In this document: in pieces, positions 11,231 through 22,323 of the stretch
How the letters are laid out: the number at the start of each line of letters is the position of its first letter
Position numbering within the stretch: the first letter of the stretch is position 1
Assembly: GCF_018977255.1 (NCBI RefSeq)
Contig: NW_024704742.1
Location: forward strand, 40,860,001-40,924,000
DNA: 64,000 nucleotides
Reading direction: 5' to 3'
DNA from: Callorhinchus milii
Lineage: Eukaryota
The notes under the pieces: generated by a model
The model's database searches: none
The model's input: only the letters and a program-made list of their open reading frames with translations
What the model was told of the DNA's origin: nothing
Translations under genes and position numbers: made by a program

Positions 11231-12748
11231 GTTGGGGTTGGGCTGGGGGCAGGTGTTGGGGTTGGGGCTGGGGTTGGGTGTTGGTGTGGACTGGGGTTGG
11301 GGGGCAGGTGTGGGCTGGGGGCAGGTGTTGGGGTTGGGGCTGGGGGCAGGTGTGGGTTGGGGTTGGGGGGCAGGTGTCGGGGTTGGGGCTGGGGGCAGGT
11401 GTTGGGGTTGGGGCTGGGGGCAGGTGTCGGGGTTGGGGTTGGGGGCAGGTGTCGGGGTTGGGGTTGGGGTTGGGGCTGGGGGGCAGGTGTTGGGGTTGGG
11501 GGGCAGGTGTTGGGGTTGGGCTGGGTGGGGTTGGGGCTGGGGGGCAGGTGTTGGGGTTGGGGGGCAGGTGTGGGGTTGGGGGCAGGTGTTGGGGTGGGGG
11601 CAGGTGTCGGGGTTGGGGGGGGCAGGTGTTGGGTTGGGGCAGGTGTTGGGGTTGGGGCTGGGGGTGGGGTTGGGGGTGGGGTTGGGGTTGGGGCTGGGGG
11701 CAGGTGTTGGGGTTGGGGGGCAGGTGTTGGGGTTGGGGCAGGTGTTGGGGTTGGGGTTGGGGCTGGGTTGGGGTTGGGGTCGGGTTGGGTTGGGGCTGGG
11801 TTGGTGTTGGGGCTGGGTTGGGGTTGGGCTGGGTTGGGGTTGGGGCTGGGTTGGGGTTGGGGTTGGGGCTGGGGGGCAGGTGTTGGGGTTGGGGCAGGTG
11901 TTGGGGCTGGGGGGCAGGTGTTGGGTTGGGGCTGGGGGGCAGGTGTTGGGGTTGGGGCAGTGTGTTGGGGTTGGGGGCAGGTGTTGGGGTTGGGGTTGGG
12001 TTGGGCTGGGTTGGGGTTGGGGCTGGGGTTGGGGTGGGGCTGGGGTTGGGGCTGGGTGGGTTGGGGTTGGGCTGGGGTTGGGGTTGGGGTTGGGCTGGGT
12101 TGGGTTGGGGTGGGGCTGGGTTGGGGCTGGGGTTGGGGTTGGGGCTGGGGTTGGGGTTGGGGCTGGGGTTGGGGTTGGGGTTGGGTCGGGTTGGGTTGGG
12201 GTTGGGTTGGGGTTGGGGCTGGGTTGGGGTTGGGGTTGGGGCTGGGTTGGGGTTGGGGCTGGGGGGGGTTGGGGTTGGGGCGGGGTGGGTTGGGGCTGGG
12301 GGGTTGGGGTTGGGGCTGGGGGTGTTGGGGTTGGGGCTGGGGGGCTGGGGTTGGGGTTGGGGCTGGGGGGCAGTGTGGTTGGGGTTGGGGCAGGTGTTGG
12401 GGTTGGGGCTGGGGGGCAGGTGTTGGGGTTGGGGCTGGGGGCAGGTGTTGGGGTTGTGGGGGCAGGTGTGTTGGGGTTGGGGCAGGTGTTGGGGTTGGGG
12501 CTGGGGGCAGGTGTTGGGGTGGGGCTGGGGGGCAGGTGTTGGGGTTGGGGCTGGGGGGCAGGTGTTGGGGTTGGGGCTGGGGCAGGTGTTGGGGCTGGAC
12601 TTGGGGCAGGTGTTGGGGTTGGGTTGGGGGGCAGGTGTTGGGGTTGGGGTTGGGGTTGGGGTTGGGGTTGGGGTTGGGGTTGGGGCTGGGGGCAGGTGTT
12701 GGGGTTGGGGTTGGGGTTGGGGTTGGGGTTGGGGTTGGGGGGCAGGTA
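11231..12748 (+). repeat. G-rich array of ggggtt / ggggct hexamers interspersed with ggcaggtgtt
   Basis: Seen directly; includes pure (ttgggg)n runs, e.g. ~12638-12685. Confidence 0.95.
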
Positions 12749-14054
12749 CGGGGCTTGTGAGCACCACCAGCAAAGCAGCTGAACTTCTGCGACTGTCTTG
12801 AAACAGTGCGGCACAGAGGGTCCACCCCTCCCCCTCCCCCTCCCCCCCCTCCCCCCCTCCTCCAGTTTGTGTGGAGGAAGAGACACAACATCTCTGCTCT
12901 CTGCTGTGCTCTGCTCTGGGCCATCTGCCTGTCCCCCCCCCCCGGTGAGGATGCCGAGGGCTGTTTGATACAGTGTGGCGGTGACCGGGAGGTAACAGAC
13001 CGCCCTCGGTCTCGGTTATGCCGGTGATGATGGTTGAGATGCCGCCGAAGGTAACATTGCATTACTCTATTTTTTGAACTCTAATCTCGTTGCAGCAAAG
13101 CACATGTCCCCCTTCCTCTTTAAAGTCAGTCCTCCCTTTGCCAAGGAATGGTTGTTCGGAGTCGGGGAGAGTGTGCATTTGGTTGAATATATCCTGTTGC
13201 AAGGGAGTGACACGCTTGCCCTTCTTTTGGGTAAAAAAATGGTGGTGTGGGGTGGGTGTGTGTGGGGGGGGGGGGGTTAAACATCAAGTGAGGCAGTCAG
13301 ACACTTTCCCACACGATGCTGCTCTTTTTTTGCAAGTCGCCCCCAGGTGCACGGACCCGCATTGAGACGAGGGTCAGTCCATTTTCGGTGGGACTCTGGA
13401 AGTGAGTGTGAATGGATTTGCACAAAGATCCCCCAAAGAACTTTTAAATGCTGAAGGGACCCCCCACTTCGCCAAAGGAGCTTCACCGAGAGAAGGCGAG
13501 CCTTGAATTCCTCCATACATTAACCCCCTCCTTCCCCCTTCATTTCTGATGATTGATTCAGAGCAGCTTCGGGTTTTTCAACTGTTGCGAAATCCACGTT
13601 GACGAGGTATTGACAGGATACCAATGCGATTGATCACAGAAAGCATTGAACAATATTTTTTTGCAGCAAGGAACCAGTGGGAGAAAACGAACGAAATGCA
13701 CGTCAATAAGAAATGCATTGCAATGATATAGATCGATTGCATTTTGAATATATACTTGGGTGTTTTTTAAAAAAATACTAGTTGAAATAGCTGAAATTGC
13801 TGTCTTTTTTTTAAAAAAAAAATTGCAATCTTTTACCTTTCTTGGAGTTGGTTGGAACACAAAACAAGTTTGCACATTGCTTGGTTTTTTTTAAAAAAAA
13901 GGGCATTGCATGGCGAGTGATGAATGTATGAAATGGAAAGAGATGTGAAAATGTTTATTTGTCTGGTTGGCATGAGTTGCTTGAGTGGTCACAGCTGCTA
14001 CTGCCATGGTTTTGCTGTTAATACTTGGAATTTGGCAACCATAAGCCGTACACT

Positions 14055-14128
14055 GATTGTCCAGCACCTTGAGACGTCCTCCCGATGCGAAAGGCGCTAT
14101 ACAAATGTAATTTTGTTGTTGTTGTTAT
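14055..14128 (+). mobile_element. Isolated L2 3' tail (CTCCC-loop family)
   Basis: gtccagcaccttgagacgtcctcccgatgcgaaaggcgctatacaaatgtaa-(ttg)n. Confidence 0.75.
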
Positions 14129-15694
14129 CCCATAGGATACCCTGAAATATAAAAATTTAGATCTTCAAACTCAAAACTTCGATACCTAACATTCAAATTA
14201 ATATTAAAATTATTTGACAAAATTTACCATTCTTTGCTTCTAAGCAACTTCATTTTATTAAGAATAACTGCTTCACATGAAACAACAAAAATATACTTAT
14301 CGATCTATGTGAAAGTGTTATCACTTTTGTACAGTATTTCAATGGGGAAGATACCAATTTCAGAAACTATGCCTTTGTGAAGTTATAAATGTTCCCAAAT
14401 GTATATTTAGGACAAGTGATATAAATCCCATCTTCTCTAACTCTCATTTGATGGTTGAAAATAAAATATTGTTCTGTTACTTGCAATCTCACTCATCCAC
14501 AGCTGGCGAGCACTATGCTAGTCTGTTTGTAATGCAGTAGTCAAGTCAGGTGAGGAAATATCGGACAGTGGAATTTCAAACATTTTGAATAAACCAAGCT
14601 GAGCTTCTCAGGCTTTCTCAGAGACACTTCCAGGAATAGTTCGATCTTAAAATTAAAAAAAATAAGTTATCATTTACCAAGAAGCGCCTTGTATTTTGAA
14701 GAATAATTGAATTCATGGATTCAATTATAAAATTATAAAATAATTGAATTCATGGATTCAAATCAACGGATATCCTCCACTGTTTTTGATTGCTTTATTG
14801 GCATTGACTTACTCATAGGAACAATGGGGTTGAAAACATAGCACTTTACAACAGATTTAATGACATTTTCAATAATTAACAAATCTCCTAAGAAATATTT
14901 TTCACTTCAACCTCTCAACACATTCAAGAGCAAAATGATAGATTTAAGCATCTGAGTATTCAATAAAATGTCCTGAGTGCAACAAATAGTCATTAAAACA
15001 CCAGTCTTTTTAATGTAAGGTAGTCAATCAGCATCTGTCTAAAGAGTTTTTATATCTGTCTGATAAACAAGGTTTTGTCTTGGTGTCTACTGCAGGCTCT
15101 CATTTCACTGAATTTTTTTGTCATTTCATTTTGGTTGAAAATTCCCCATTATCCACAACTAAAGTGAAACAGCAGTGAAACACATTATTTCTGATCTACT
15201 GCAAAAAATTCAATGAATATACATGAAAAGGTCACACCATATGTTCTCTCAGATTATGCATGAGATCACACAAATTGTAGGTGATATATGGAGAGGATAC
15301 AATCTGCGAGGTTGGCTTATTCTGATTCAGTGAGTGAACTCTGCCAAAATCCAGAAGTGATGGGCAAGGTTTGATAATAACCCAGCAGAATACGATCACC
15401 ATACTTATTTAAGCAGGAAGCATAAGCTTTCATAATTGATTTTATGTTCATTTTTTAAAATGTAAAATATGTGTTTTTTGTGGTTATCTGATAGATAAAT
15501 ACCCCAGATAGCTGACAGCTTAACTTTATCCTTGTTGTCAACAAGAATTTAACGCATTTCTTACCCAATTTTCTCCTCAGTAGCAGCCATGTGAAATGCT
15601 CTATTTCAACTATAGTAAATTGAAACAAATGGGATACCACCAAGCACAGACTTATTCATCCACGCCTGGAACAAAAGGTCTTTACAAGTTTGGT

Positions 15695-15774
15695 TTAAGT
15701 GACCTTTTCATATGTTTTTGTGGGGTAGAGATTTAATCCTCTACCCCGCAAAAACATATGAAAAGGTCACTTAA
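15695..15774. repeat. 80-bp near-perfect inverted repeat (36-bp arms, 8-nt spacer)
   Basis: ttaagtgaccttttcatatgtttttgtggggtagag / ctctaccccgcaaaaacatatgaaaaggtcacttaa; one T-G mismatch. Confidence 0.95.
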
Positions 15775-15970
15775 TACACGTGCGATTTTCTTTCCTTTCA
15801 CCATGACATTTCGAAATCCCTTAGAAATTGATGCTGGAACCTACAGAAGACAGAATCAATGAAGAGCCTTGGAAGTTGTCAAATTCACAGTACATTCTGG
15901 AATGATAAAGAGTAAACCTGTAAAAAAACCAAAAAAACAAGAAGCAGTTAAATAACCAAATACCCGCAAA

Positions 15971-16230
15971 CAATAATAATGACAATAATATTTGCATTTG
16001 ATATAATAACAATCCTTGCATTTGATATGGCATCTTATCACGTCATTGAGACGTCTCAAAGCGCTTCACAAAATACACTGTAAAATGAATTGACTGCATA
16101 TTTTGTAGGTGAAACATGGCAGCCAATTGCGTACAGCAGTGTCCCAAAAACAGTCGTGGATTGAATTACCAAATTATTATCATTATTTTCTTTGAAGGGA
16201 TTATTAACCCTGGAAAAGCGATTTGCGGTA
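15971..16230 (-). mobile_element. Headless SINE copy with duplicated tail terminus
   Basis: Body and tail match the SINE family; ttgcatttgatat occurs twice. Confidence 0.85.
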
Positions 16231-16820
16231 AATTGAGTAAATTTGCAGGAAGCGTAAAAAGATTTGCAGGTATGAAATCCTGCACTAATCCTGATGCCTC
16301 TCATACTGATAGGCTGGAGCTCCACTTGAACACTAATGTAATTTCTGGCTTTTCCCTGAAGTCGCACCAATTTGAGGGACAATGTGTGAACATTCCCCTG
16401 GCTTAATCTATTTGACAAGGTCTTGTGATAAAACATTACAGTATTTTAAAGCAATGTTCTCAGACAAATGTAACCTGCTTTTCATGATGGTATAGGTAGG
16501 ATTTATCATGAACTAAAATGTGACCTCCATTTGCATTTCAAATAAGCAAAGGTAGTTTGACACCAGATTGGTCTTGGGGCATGTTTGATGCTGATTCTGA
16601 TTCAAACGCTTGTCAGAATAAAGTCACATTGAACTCTTGATCAAAGTGCTTGAAATACAGCTCTTCCCTCTGGATCCCTGAATCTCACTATTGCTCTGCA
16701 CTTGCTGATGTGAACAAGCAGATTTAAAAAAAGATACTTTTTCAAAGCAACAGTAGAAAAAAGCAATAAGTTAAAATGCCAGCAAGTATGTTATTGAAAA
16801 ATTTGGAGATAGACTATTAC

Positions 16821-19100
16821 ACAACAACAAACAACAAAAATTACATTTGTATAGTGCCTTTCACGCCGGGAGGACATCCCAAAACTCGCCTGCAAATGGT
16901 GGGGAGGGTGAGGCTGGGCACGTGAAGCAGGCCGGAGTCCGCTGAGCAGAGGGAGTGGGCAGGTTGATAGGGGGTTAAGAACTCACAGAGGTAGGAGGGA
17001 GCAAAGCCATGGAGGGCTTTGAAGGTGAAGACCAGGGTCTTGAACTGCATCCTCTGTGTGATGGGAAGTCAGTGGAGTTGGGCGAGGATGGGGGTGATGG
17101 GGTCACGGAGCCTGGTGCGGGAGAGGACATGGTTTGCAGAGTTCTGGATGATCTGCAGCCTATGGAGGGAGGAGTTGGGGGAGTCAAACAAGCAAGGAGT
17201 TTGCATAGTTAAGCCTGAATGTAATGAATGCGTGTATGAGGGTTTCGGTGGCCTGTGGTGTGAGACATGTTGGAGCTGGGTGATGTTGCGGAGGTGGGGG
17301 GAAGGCAGAGCGGTTTATGGTATGGATGTGGGATAGAAAGGATAGTTCAAGGTCAAACAAGATATCAAGGTTCCGGTCTGGCTTAGGAAGGTGGAGTGTG
17401 CAACCATGGATGGTGATGCTGTCAATGTCTAAGGTGAGGAGGCGCTGACCGGAGCCAATCAGGAGATCCTCCGTCTTTTTGACATTCAACTGAAGAAAGT
17501 CAGCTCTCATCTAGGACTTGATGTCTGACTGACATTCTGTCAGCACAGCAGTGGTCCTAGAGTCTAGGGTGAGGGTATAGACAGAGAGATAGAGTTGGGT
17601 GTCATCCGCATGTGGCAGTTGACCCTATGTCTCGGATGATTTCACCAAGAGGGAGCATATAGATGTTGAAGGGGAGTTTTTTTAAAGGATAGGAGTGACG
17701 ATGCCCATTTTTAAAGGGAATGTGCCAGTGGCCAGGGAGAGGTTTTTGATGTCTGTGAGTAGAGGGAAAAGGAGGTGGAGCTGGGCGGTAAGGAGAGGGG
17801 TAGGGATGGGGCCGAGTGAGCAGGTGGTCGATTTTGTGTCCGTTTTAGTGGTGGTGAGAGAGGATTGGGAGACAGGTTTGAAGGTGTGTAGGGAGAGATG
17901 GATCGGGGCCAGGGTATGAGGGGAGATGGAGAGGGGTAGCAGATGGAAGGGCAGAGGCAGCTGAGTGGATTCCCTTGCAACCACGCAACTGTGCTTTAAG
18001 GGAGCGGAGGTGGCTGGTGTAATAAGGTGACTTTCGTGAGTAGGAGACGGTTCAGGAAGTGAGGTGAGCAAAGAAATCGAGAATGGTGGAGAGGGAGTTG
18101 TGGAGGAGAGTGACCGATGAGGATAGGTCATTGTGGGGGGAGGCCCAGAGGGGAAGGAGTTCAGATGACTCCAAGGTAGCGGAGAGGGAAGGGGGAGATA
18201 TCTTTCTAGGGGTGATAGGAGATGGAGGTGGGTTGGGTGGCGGTGGGGAGGGGGATTCAGGAGTTAAGGGAGATAAAGTGAGGGTCCGAGTTGGCTTTGT
18301 TGGTGATGTCCAAGACCATGAGGCCCCGAGTGATCACCAGGTCGAGCAGGTGACCGTGAACATGGGTAGTGGAGTGGATGTGGAGGGAAAGTTTGAGGGA
18401 GGAGATAAGGGAGGAGAAGTCAGCAGAAGTAGAGCAGGAGGAGGTGAAGTTGCAGTTGAAATCGCCTAGGATGAGGAGGCATTTGGAGCAGAGGGAGAGG
18501 GAAGATAGGAGGGTGGAGATGTCAGGGAGGAAGGTGGTGGAGGGCTGGGGGTGGGGGCGATAGATAACGAGAATTTTGAGCGAAAGGTTGGAGGGGTGAT
18601 AGAGGGTAAGGTGATCAAAGGAGGAGTAAATTCCAGAGGAGTAAAGGGATAGGCCGAGCGGGGACCAGGAGATGAGAGCCACACCGCCACCACTGCAGTT
18701 AGGTCGTGGGATGAGGTGGAAGGTGTAGCCAGGTAGTGTGGCCTCTATCAGGGGGAAGGTGCCGCTTGGAGTGACCCCTGTTTTGGTGAGGGCGTGAATG
18801 TCGATGTTTTCATTGATGATGAGGTTTTGGATGGTGAGTGTTTTGTTGAAGAGGGAGCAGACGTTTTGCAGGCTGATGCGGAGGGGACAGTTGGTGGTGG
18901 AATGTGTGGGACGAGGGTGGGAGGGGAGGACTGACAGGGAGGGTGGAGCTGTGGATGAGGGAGGAGAGGTTGGCCCTTGGGGTTATGGAGCGATGGGTCT
19001 TGCGGCGAGAATGGGGATGAGGCAGTCATAGTTATTGCTGTTGGACAGCCAGCGGCAACTCCCACGGTGGGCCAGATGGAGGATTCGTAGCAGAGGGAGG
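16821..19100 (-). mobile_element. L2 LINE with APE endonuclease and partial RT, internally deleted and non-functional
   Basis: KILVIYRP, LLILGDFN, HGHLLDLVITRG and SDPHFI (APE); NIYMLPLG, ADDTQLY, FLQLNVKKTE and LIHAFIT (RT). ~430-440 bp missing near 17676 relative to the 45157 copy; (caa)n tail at 16821. Confidence 0.92.
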
Positions 19101-21199
19101 CAGTGGGACGGTTACAAACATTCCCAGGAATTGTAGATAAATATTATTGCAACAATGGAGGAATATTTCAAATATTTTACTTTCAATAATGAAAAGACTA
19201 AAATAGGTGGAATTTATGTCATTTTTTTTCCAAGGATGCACTTGAGCACTTTTACAACTACCTTATAGACAAAAAGAGTTTTAAAGCCTAATATTGGATG
19301 AGAACATGTTAAATTTGGATTTCAGTGTTAGGTCTGGGCATGAATAAAATAATAAAATTATGATTGCTGCAAATAAACACTTCATATTTACAGGTAGTTG
19401 TGTTTTCATGAATGTCCTGGGATTGGAGCCAGCTGGCAGACAGAGACTGCAATAAGAGGAAGTTATGTTCAAAATATCCATAAACTCATTAAATGCCAAT
19501 TAACTGGTCCTCATGAAACATTTCCTTTTGTTTCCTGTGTAAACAATTTCATTAGAATTTAACAAACCCTGCAAACATTTTCATTTGTTCCGGCGTCAGA
19601 GAAAAGTAGCAATTTTGATGAAATATTTGTTTTAAATCTTTAAAAATAACAATTAAAATCAACACTTTAATTTACAGCACTAGAGACAACCAGTAATCCA
19701 AACATAACAAATCCAAAAAGCAGTCTTGGTGGCTTTAAATTAAGACTGGAATGGAATTGACATTTAGTGTTAGATATGTTGGAATTAGTGGTTTTTTTTA
19801 AAATTCCCTTCACTGTTGTGTATTAAAGTAGAACAATTGGTGTCATAAATATTTTGAAGCCCAGGCCATAGCACACTTTAATAAGATAGGTGAAGAATTT
19901 TGTTTTAAAGAGCTGGGTATTGTCAACAATAACTGTATTAGTTACCATTATTCTGTTGGGCTTTCAGCTCTGTCTCAACGTATTCGTGTGGCAGATTCCA
20001 TATTTTAATCCAGAATAATAGCTTCTGTAAAAAAACATTGTGTGCAATAGATGTTATTTAATCAAGTTAATGTAGTTCAGGGACCCATGTCATATGTAAG
20101 GGTCAGTTAAGCAGCATTTCAAATAAATTCAAGGAGTTGAATGTCCTCAGACAAGATGGCAAATGCTCTTGGATCCACTAGAAAAATCTCAGAGAGCAAA
20201 GGTAAGGGGTTGGTTAATAGTATGAAGGTCCATTTGGTCCAGGAGTCTGTAAGTGGCATTGACTTTTCTATAGACCTCTTATCCCTGCTAACATTTATTT
20301 TCGTGCATGTATTATTATAACTCGTAAAAGCAATAATAAAATGCAATTTAGTAGCGGGCTCAGCAGAAGTACCCTGAAGATAACCAATAATAAGAGAATT
20401 TTAGAAAGTAGTATTTTGTACACAGTTTCAACATTTTGTAGGAATGAGTGGAAGGACCTGGTATGAGTTTAGATCTAGAATGCGATAGAACTAAATGTCT
20501 ATGTCCTACTGGACTAAACAACTGTCATTGCTCCCCACATTGTAGCATGTCATTCACAAAATATACAGTCAATCCACTTCATAATATATTCTGCGAAGAA
20601 CTTTGAAATGACTCAACGATGTGATAAGGTGCTGTATCACATGCAAAGATTATTATTATTATGTGTTGGTCTGAGTATTTTGCATTTCGTGTCACTGAAA
20701 TGATTTTCCATTTCAAAGTGAGAATGCTTTTAACAATCAGTTTAGTGCCTCTAAGCAATGATAAAATGTTTCAGGGAGGTTTAATTCATAATGAAATCAT
20801 GTATAGTTGTTCATAATATCTTGCAATCTCTTCCATATTCTGTATTATGAACACACATTCAAGGATTATCATTATTATACACTTCAATAGAAATTGAAGG
20901 ATTAAATGGTTATCCTGTAAAGTATGATTTATAGTTATTATTTTTTATATTGTGCTTTGGGGCAATTTAATTCTTTTGTGATGTTTGGTTAGAGCTAATT
21001 TCTTCAGTATATCCACTGGATCATAATTTCCACCTAGCCTTAATAATAATAGTACTACTAATAAATAATCTTTTCCTGTCAGACTAGTTGGTCTTAAAAT
21101 TTAAGATGGTACAAAATTGTGAACAATTCTTAAATTTGTTGCTAATTTGAAAGCTTTTTTTAAAAATATAAACTGCAGAAAAACAGATTCCAAATTAAG

Positions 21200-21400
21200 A
21201 TTTGCAGACCCATTGTAAAATAGTTACATTAGCAGATGATACCAAGTTGGGATGAACTGTGGAATCAGAGGAGGCAACGAATATACTACAAAGAAAGTTT
21301 GATAGGTGATGCCCACAGGTTGCTAAGTGTCAAATGAAGTTTAATACTGACTAATACAAGGCACTACATATAGAAGGCAAAATTCACATTAGTTCAATAA
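21200..21400 (+). mobile_element. CR1 RT fragment, degraded
   Basis: gcagatgataccaagttggga (ADDTKLG) followed by caaatgaagtttaatact (QMKFNT). Confidence 0.7.
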
Positions 21401-21465
21401 ACAGTTTCAATAGTCAGGTTACTTCTAACAATATTGGCTATTATGCTCAGATATAACAATGTCAC

Positions 21466-22323
21466 TGTAATATCAAAGTTCATCATTTCATAAGCAGTAG
21501 GCAAAAATATCTTGCTTCTCATTCCTCTGGAACTGAAACTCGAGAGGGTTGTTTCTGGAGCTGGCATGCTGATAACGGGCAGCTGATTAAGGAACCTTCT
21601 CCAGCAGTTGTGTTTCAGCTGTATTTCTGTATTCTTTTATTTCTACTTTACTATCTTCTGATGTCGCTGGAATGGCTGGAACAATCGAGGTCAAGTGGCT
21701 TGAGTCACAGGGCGAGGGAAATGAAAAATGCACTCACTCTCACCACTTTGGTCCAAACACCATGATGACCAATTCTGACTGAACAAAGAATAGCTCAGCT
21801 GGACCTCTTTTATCATTGTCCCTTCTTAACACCAAGATGGTGGTCTGTGCGAATCTGTATGTCCTCACAAGTCCTGACAGTTGATTACAAGCTGATTTAA
21901 ACAAGCTGGGACAGTCCTTGAGTACAGAAACCATGAGCTGATTTTGATTAAAGCAATTTTGGACGGTTACATCAACAACTAACGAGAGAGCAGCAGCTCT
22001 AATAAACACATTTCTTACTTCTGAACCAATTTAACTCTTCAAGGCACACATGCTGTCATTTTCTCATAACAATTTATCTGAAGTTATATCAATTACCCCA
22101 TAACATATCTTACGCTTAGATATAAACTTTACAATTTAACTGATTCTGATGGGGTTTATAGTATCTACAAATCATTTCAATACAGACTAGCATGTGATAA
22201 CCAACATTAATCTGATCAATTTATTATCAAGATTGTCATTCCACGGGTTAGCTGACAAACATTAGCATTTTCTAACTGAACCAAAATAATATTTTAAGCA
22301 ATAACATATTTCTCATACCAACA
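21466..22323 (-). mobile_element. Candidate solo LTR
   Basis: TG...CA ends; minus-strand TATA-like gataaaa near 21810 and AATAAA near 21640 in LTR order; TSD imperfect. Confidence 0.25.

Larger units (their letters stand above)
9630..13560. mobile_element. Possible decayed PIF/Harbinger-type element hosting the G-rich arrays (boundaries uncertain)
   Basis: GC-rich island in AT-rich DNA; weak Myb/SANT-like peptide traces on both flanks; opposed AATAAA signals at 10038-10053. No clear TIR pair found. Confidence 0.25.

Noticed and set aside
11231..12748. Interstitial telomere or immunoglobulin switch region
   Set aside because: The unit is TTGGGG, not vertebrate TTAGGG; there are no AGCT/GAGCT motifs within the array and no Ig exons nearby.
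10061..13062. Long Pro-rich and Gly/Trp-rich ORFs (516-970 aa) in all six frames
   Set aside because: Stop-free by-product of G/C tandem arrays; open in every frame and spanning an N gap.
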